A DNA stretch of 63,285 nt, counting the filler, from Olpidium bornovanus S191 (taxonomy: Eukaryota > Fungi > Olpidiomycota): assembly GCA_017911155.1 (NCBI GenBank). It is 27 parts of 27 records of this genome, joined end to end, with 100 filler letters (N's around TTAATTAATTAA, not from the genome) between each part and the next. Parts side by side here need not be neighbours in the genome. Positions count along the whole stretch, not along the records: positions 59,028 to 61,214 come from JAEFCI010006187.1; positions 61,315 to 63,285 come from JAEFCI010006619.1; 25 more parts are not named here. One strand, given 5' to 3'. The notes below the pieces were generated by a model. The model worked only from the letters and a program-made list of their open reading frames with translations, did not search any database and was not told the origin of the DNA. Position numbers and translations under genes: made by a program. The number at the start of each line of letters is the position of its first letter. The first letter of the stretch is position 1. Shown here one piece after another: positions 59,028-63,285 of the stretch.

Positions 59028-60226
59028 CATGACGAACTTCCCCTTCGTATCCAAATGCATCTCTTTCTTTCCGGAATCGGTGGACCATATGTTCACGTGG
59101 CCGCTGTGCGTGCCCGTCGCCAGGTACCTACCATCGTGCGAGAACTTGACGCCCCACGCCTCGACTGGAGCCAGGAGAGAGCAAGAGCTCAAAACGTATC
59201 AGCCGCCGCCAGGGATAACTCGAAGGAATTTCCAGACCTCGCAAATTAGACGGGAAACAACAAAAAAAAAGCAGCTCACCGGGGCCGGCTTCGATCGCTT
59301 TTGTGAGGATCCCTTGCGTCAAGTCCCAGATGCGGACCTGGCTGTCGAGGGACGTCGAGGCGGCCGCTGGAACAGGACGACCGGAACCAGGGCTGTATTT
59401 CAGTTGCGGCCCTGGCCGGGGGGCGGGGGGGGGGTGGTGTGGTGGGCAAGTTCGAGCAACCGTAGCGTGCGCCTGCAAAATATTGCACGCCAGGAAAAGG
59501 ACCGTGCTACGTCGGGGAGGGGGGGCGGGAGGGGGGGACGAAATCTCAACAGTTCCCGTGGTAGCTGCAATCGACCGCCACGACGCCAAGCTGATGGCCT
59601 TCCAACGTGTACACCAGCTCGCCGGTGTCGCCGTGCCTGAACGGAACGGGGAAGGACGGGTGGGAAAATGGTGGAGGATGGCGGGGATAAGTGTGTCACC
59701 TGGCCGGCGGCGTTTAGCTCAGGAGAAGAGAGGGTCGCGCGCGCGCACGCCGGCAGCGGCGCTGCGCGTCGGCTTTTGTTTACCAGACTTTGACGAGATC
59801 GTCCACAGACCCGGTCACGACTCTGTTTGACCGCTTAGCCCAGGCGATGGACCATATTCCATCTTCGTGCGCTTTTTTTTTTTTTTTGAGCGACAGAGGG
59901 TCCGAAGTCCGAAACGTTGTACGCGCGCGCGGAACGGAACGGGGAGCGGGGAACGGGGGCAAACGCGCTTGACGATCGGCGCGGGAGCGGCCAGAAGAAC
60001 TCCGAAGCACCAGAAGAGGAAAGAAACCGGGTGCGTACCGTCTAACCGGTAAACCCCTGGCAAGTACTTTTTGGGGGGGGGGAGGGGGGGTTTGGAAGGA
60101 TCAGGAGCGGCTCATGCTGCGAGCAGCGCGGCGTCCACGCGAACCCTCTGCCCGCAGGCGAGCGCGACGGTCGGGCAGCAGGAGGGAAGAAAAAAGCTTT
60201 CGAGGCGGGGATGCAAACGTTACCAT
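59028..60226 (-). CDS. SKI8: WD40 protein Ski8/WDR61, 5' part
   Basis: [11 protein letters not shown]...[28 protein letters not shown]...AIEAGP and [27 protein letters not shown]...LDTKGKFVM follow WDR61 closely. The first two tiny exons are tentative. Confidence 0.92.
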
Positions 60227-60430
60227 CTGTTTGCGGGACCTATTGAGCGCGGTCCGCCGGCGGCGATGTCCTCGTGAACGGGCGGCAGGTGGGGCCAAGG
60301 GCGGTCGGGCCGGCGGGTGGGGCGCGCGTCGGCGGGCGGGGAGGCGGCGCGGAGTCGCGGTCCCCTCGCCGCTTCTCGTCCCCTTTTTTTCCGGTTGTGC
60401 GACACGCGCCGAAAACTCGCCGCGGGCGTC

Positions 60431-60431
<1 letters not shown>

Positions 60432-60480
<49 letters not shown>
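60432..60480. repeat. (CA)n microsatellite
   Basis: About 24 CA units; a shorter run lies at 50105-50130. Confidence 0.95.
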
Positions 60481-60483
<3 letters not shown>

Positions 60484-61314
60484 ACCCACTCAACCCCGTC
60501 TTGCTCTCGCGTGGTTTGCCCCGTCTTCCCGCACCGACGCACACGCCTCCCAAACCGGCGGATGCCTACTTGCGCAGCCTCGTGGTGCCGCCGGCGAGCG
60601 GACGGCCGCGGATATAGACGGCACGCACCACCGTGTACGGTGCACTTTCGGAAGCGCGGGGAACTTGCGGCGGGCGAGGAAAGGCGCTCTCCCGCGGAAG
60701 AAGCGCGATTTGGAGCTCTGCGGGGCGCTGGGAAGGAAGGGGTGTGTGGGGGGGCGACGGGGAAAGACAAGGGAAGGGATTGCCGCCGTTCGGAGGAAGG
60801 CGGTGGCCCAGGCAACGAGCCCGCGGTTGCTGGCGGGTTTTGCAGGCGGGTGTTTGCAAACGGTTTTTTCTGGCAGGCCGGGGGAGCGTGCGGGAACAGA
60901 AGGACGAGAGCAAGGGATAATAAATAACGTGACAGCCTCGGGGACACGGGGCTATCGGCTTCGCCTAGAGGCCTCCGGGGCAAAAAACTAACTTTTCCTC
61001 GCGACCTCGTTTAGTCATTCGCCTCCGGGCTTACGAATATGGCCCCGAAAGCGTTACAGTGCGTTTTCTGATTTTTCGAGCCCTTTAGCGAAGTTTTTGA
61101 CTGGAAAAGGGCCAGGCCGCTAATAACGTTTTCGGGAGGGGTTTCCGTTCGCTTGAAATCCTGTAACAGTCCGGCGAGAAGCTGACGTCGCCCCAGGCTC
61201 TCGTGAATTCCATGNNNNNNNNNNNNNNNNNNNNNNNNNNNNNNNNNNNNNNNNNNNNTTAATTAATTAANNNNNNNNNNNNNNNNNNNNNNNNNNNNNN
61301 NNNNNNNNNNNNNN

Positions 61315-63285
61315 ACCGTTCCAGGTGTGAACCTGGAGAGAAGCGTTTAATGGCGGCCCGCCACAGCGCCGCGTCAGAGTCGGTGATAGCGTCGAGAACA
61401 GTTTGCGGCTCCGACGAATCGTCGATCAGAAAGGGTGCAAGCATTGCCACGTAATCGGTCGACAGTGTCCGTCGGACTCCTGCCTCGGACTCGTTGTACT
61501 CTAAACTCCATTCTCGGGGTTGCGCCGCATGCACCCCAACCGCCGGAGTGCAAAGGACGCTTCCTCCGGCTATTCGTGAGCACTGCCAGAGATGTCAATG
61601 GCATCGTCGTAGTTCGAGAGAAAGTCGGATTCGTCCGGGGTCGGCCGGCCCCTGCGGGGAACTTCGTTGTCTTCCTCGTCGGTATCAGAGCCGAAATGGT
61701 CGTCCACTGGCGCGGAGCCGGGCGAGCCGCTGTCTGTCCCGTTCATCCGCTCGGCGCGATACCTGCGTCAGCGCGCTCCATGAAGCGCGCGTCCCTGCTT
61801 CAAATAAATCACTTGGTCGCCAGCTTCCAAAATTTCTGCCTTTTCTATGCTCCGAGTTGCCCATGAAAGTGTCTTGTCGCAAAACGGCCTCGAGCTTACC
61901 CTGTCAACCGGTCTTGGGTATTAATACGAAGGCCTCCGAACCGAAGATTCGCAGGTGGTGCAGATTAGGGAGTCAGCCGGCCATGCCTCGTAGGGCGTCC
62001 ATGGCGATGCTGCCCCAAGTCCGGTGTGCGGGGACCGATTACACAAGTACACAGCCATGGCTGTTGCGTCCGCCCAAAACTCCTTGGCTGCTCCGTTTTC
62101 CAACGGTAGCGCGCGGGTTCTCTCGCCGATGGTGCAATTAAACGTTTTCGCCGCCCGTTCTGACTCGGTGAAATCCCAAGCTACCGCAAATAACTGAGTA
62201 CCTCGCCGCTGCAGATGGGATAACCAGAGCTCGTCTACATACTCTCCGCCTTCGTCAGCTTGGAGAAACTAAACCTCCTTGCCGGTGGCGAGGCGGACGT
62301 CAGCTTCGAAAGTCTGGTAGCGGTAGTAGCATTCGTGTTTGTGTGCAAAACGTGTATATTCGTCAACGAACGTGAAAACCCAGCATGGCCCGCCAGTTGA
62401 CGTTGTAGCGAACATTGAAACGTCAGTACGCACCTTTACAAGGATGCACGAGAGTCTGGTGCCCGAATTGCGCAGGGAAGGGAACAGAGTTTTCGAAAAC
62501 TTGGCTTCAGCACAAATCCGGCACCTGGCTTTGGCGAATGCGACTGTGGCAGGGATGCCCACGCCCGATCGACTCAACGCGCGGATGAACTCGATTCAGA
62601 TGACCCAGCCGGCGATGCCAAAGGTGGTCGGTGGGATCGCGGCCCAAACACGGCCGATTGTTCGTGGATTCCAGCTGGTATAAATTGTTGGGCATACGAC
62701 GCGCCGTGGCGAGTGGTGCGACCGGGGTGATAGAGGGTGCACATGTCCCGTGGATCATGCGCAACCTGCCGCATGGTCGAAAACGAGTTTCACTCCCTTG
62801 CGCGTTATTAGCCCACAGAGAGCAGCTGTATGGATATATCTGGGATGACGTCTGAAAGGGATAATGCTGTTTCATACGATTGTCGAATGAGAGCTGTGCC
62901 CATGGCCTGCGCTTGTACTGTCGAGCCATCGCCGAGGTGTGTCATCCTAGGTTGCACCCGCTTTGCCCGAAGGGGTTTTCAAGCCATTGAGTGTTGGGTT
63001 TTGATATTTATCTACCGTATCAGCAGGGTAGCTACGCATCGCTACAGCGCCGATAAAAAATTGTTACGGGCGCCAACATTCGGATGTTTGACATGTAACT
63101 ATTATTGGTGCCGCGGGGAATCAGGTGCGTGTCTGTGTGGCAGCGACGGCTTCGGCGGGGGGGTAAGGGAAGGTGGAATTTTTTTTTTTGTTCGCACGCG
63201 TCCCACAGTCCACGCGAACCAGGGGCTCTTTGGACCACTGGCGTAGCCGGCTGGGCCGATCTGCACCGTTGGAAATGGGGAAGGT
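61315..63285 (-). mobile_element. Decayed Ty1/copia pol (protease, GAG-pre-integrase, integrase, start of RT)
   Basis: HLGDGSTVQAQAMGT...LLSVG**, NLYQL...LWHRRLGHLN, CRICAEAK, GGPCWVFTFVDEYTR, ADEGGEY, FWADATAMAVYLCNRSP...TPYEAW and EPQTVLDAITDSDAALWRAAI, in copia order (IN before RT). Many stops and frameshifts. Confidence 0.95.

Overview
This is not one continuous locus. It is 27 short eukaryotic contigs (about 1-5.4 kb each) joined by 26 identical 100-nt artificial spacers (N44-TTAATTAATTAA-N44, stops in all six frames), so gene order means something only within a contig. The DNA is GC-rich, with many short GT-AG introns. It carries fungal genes (velvet, Bem3-like, Ies2, Alg14, App1, Bmt6) plus a ciliary enkurin-domain gene, which points to a flagellated (zoosporic) early-diverging fungus. 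An Olpidium-like single-cell assembly is my inference only. I rebuilt exon structures by hand for about 20 mostly partial genes. The window also holds one tRNA-Leu(AAG), seven decayed LTR-retrotransposon fragments (3 Ty1/copia, 4 Ty3/gypsy-like) and several mini- and microsatellites. The most notable items are: an intronless bacterial-style carrier-protein + thioesterase end of a PKS/NRPS; a tRNA-headed SINE-like element between two divergent genes; a gypsy-type gag behind a copia-style half-tRNA primer site; an orphan 7TM GPCR-like gene; and two inverted degenerate minisatellites around ALG14. All assignments come from motif recognition by eye; no database search was run.
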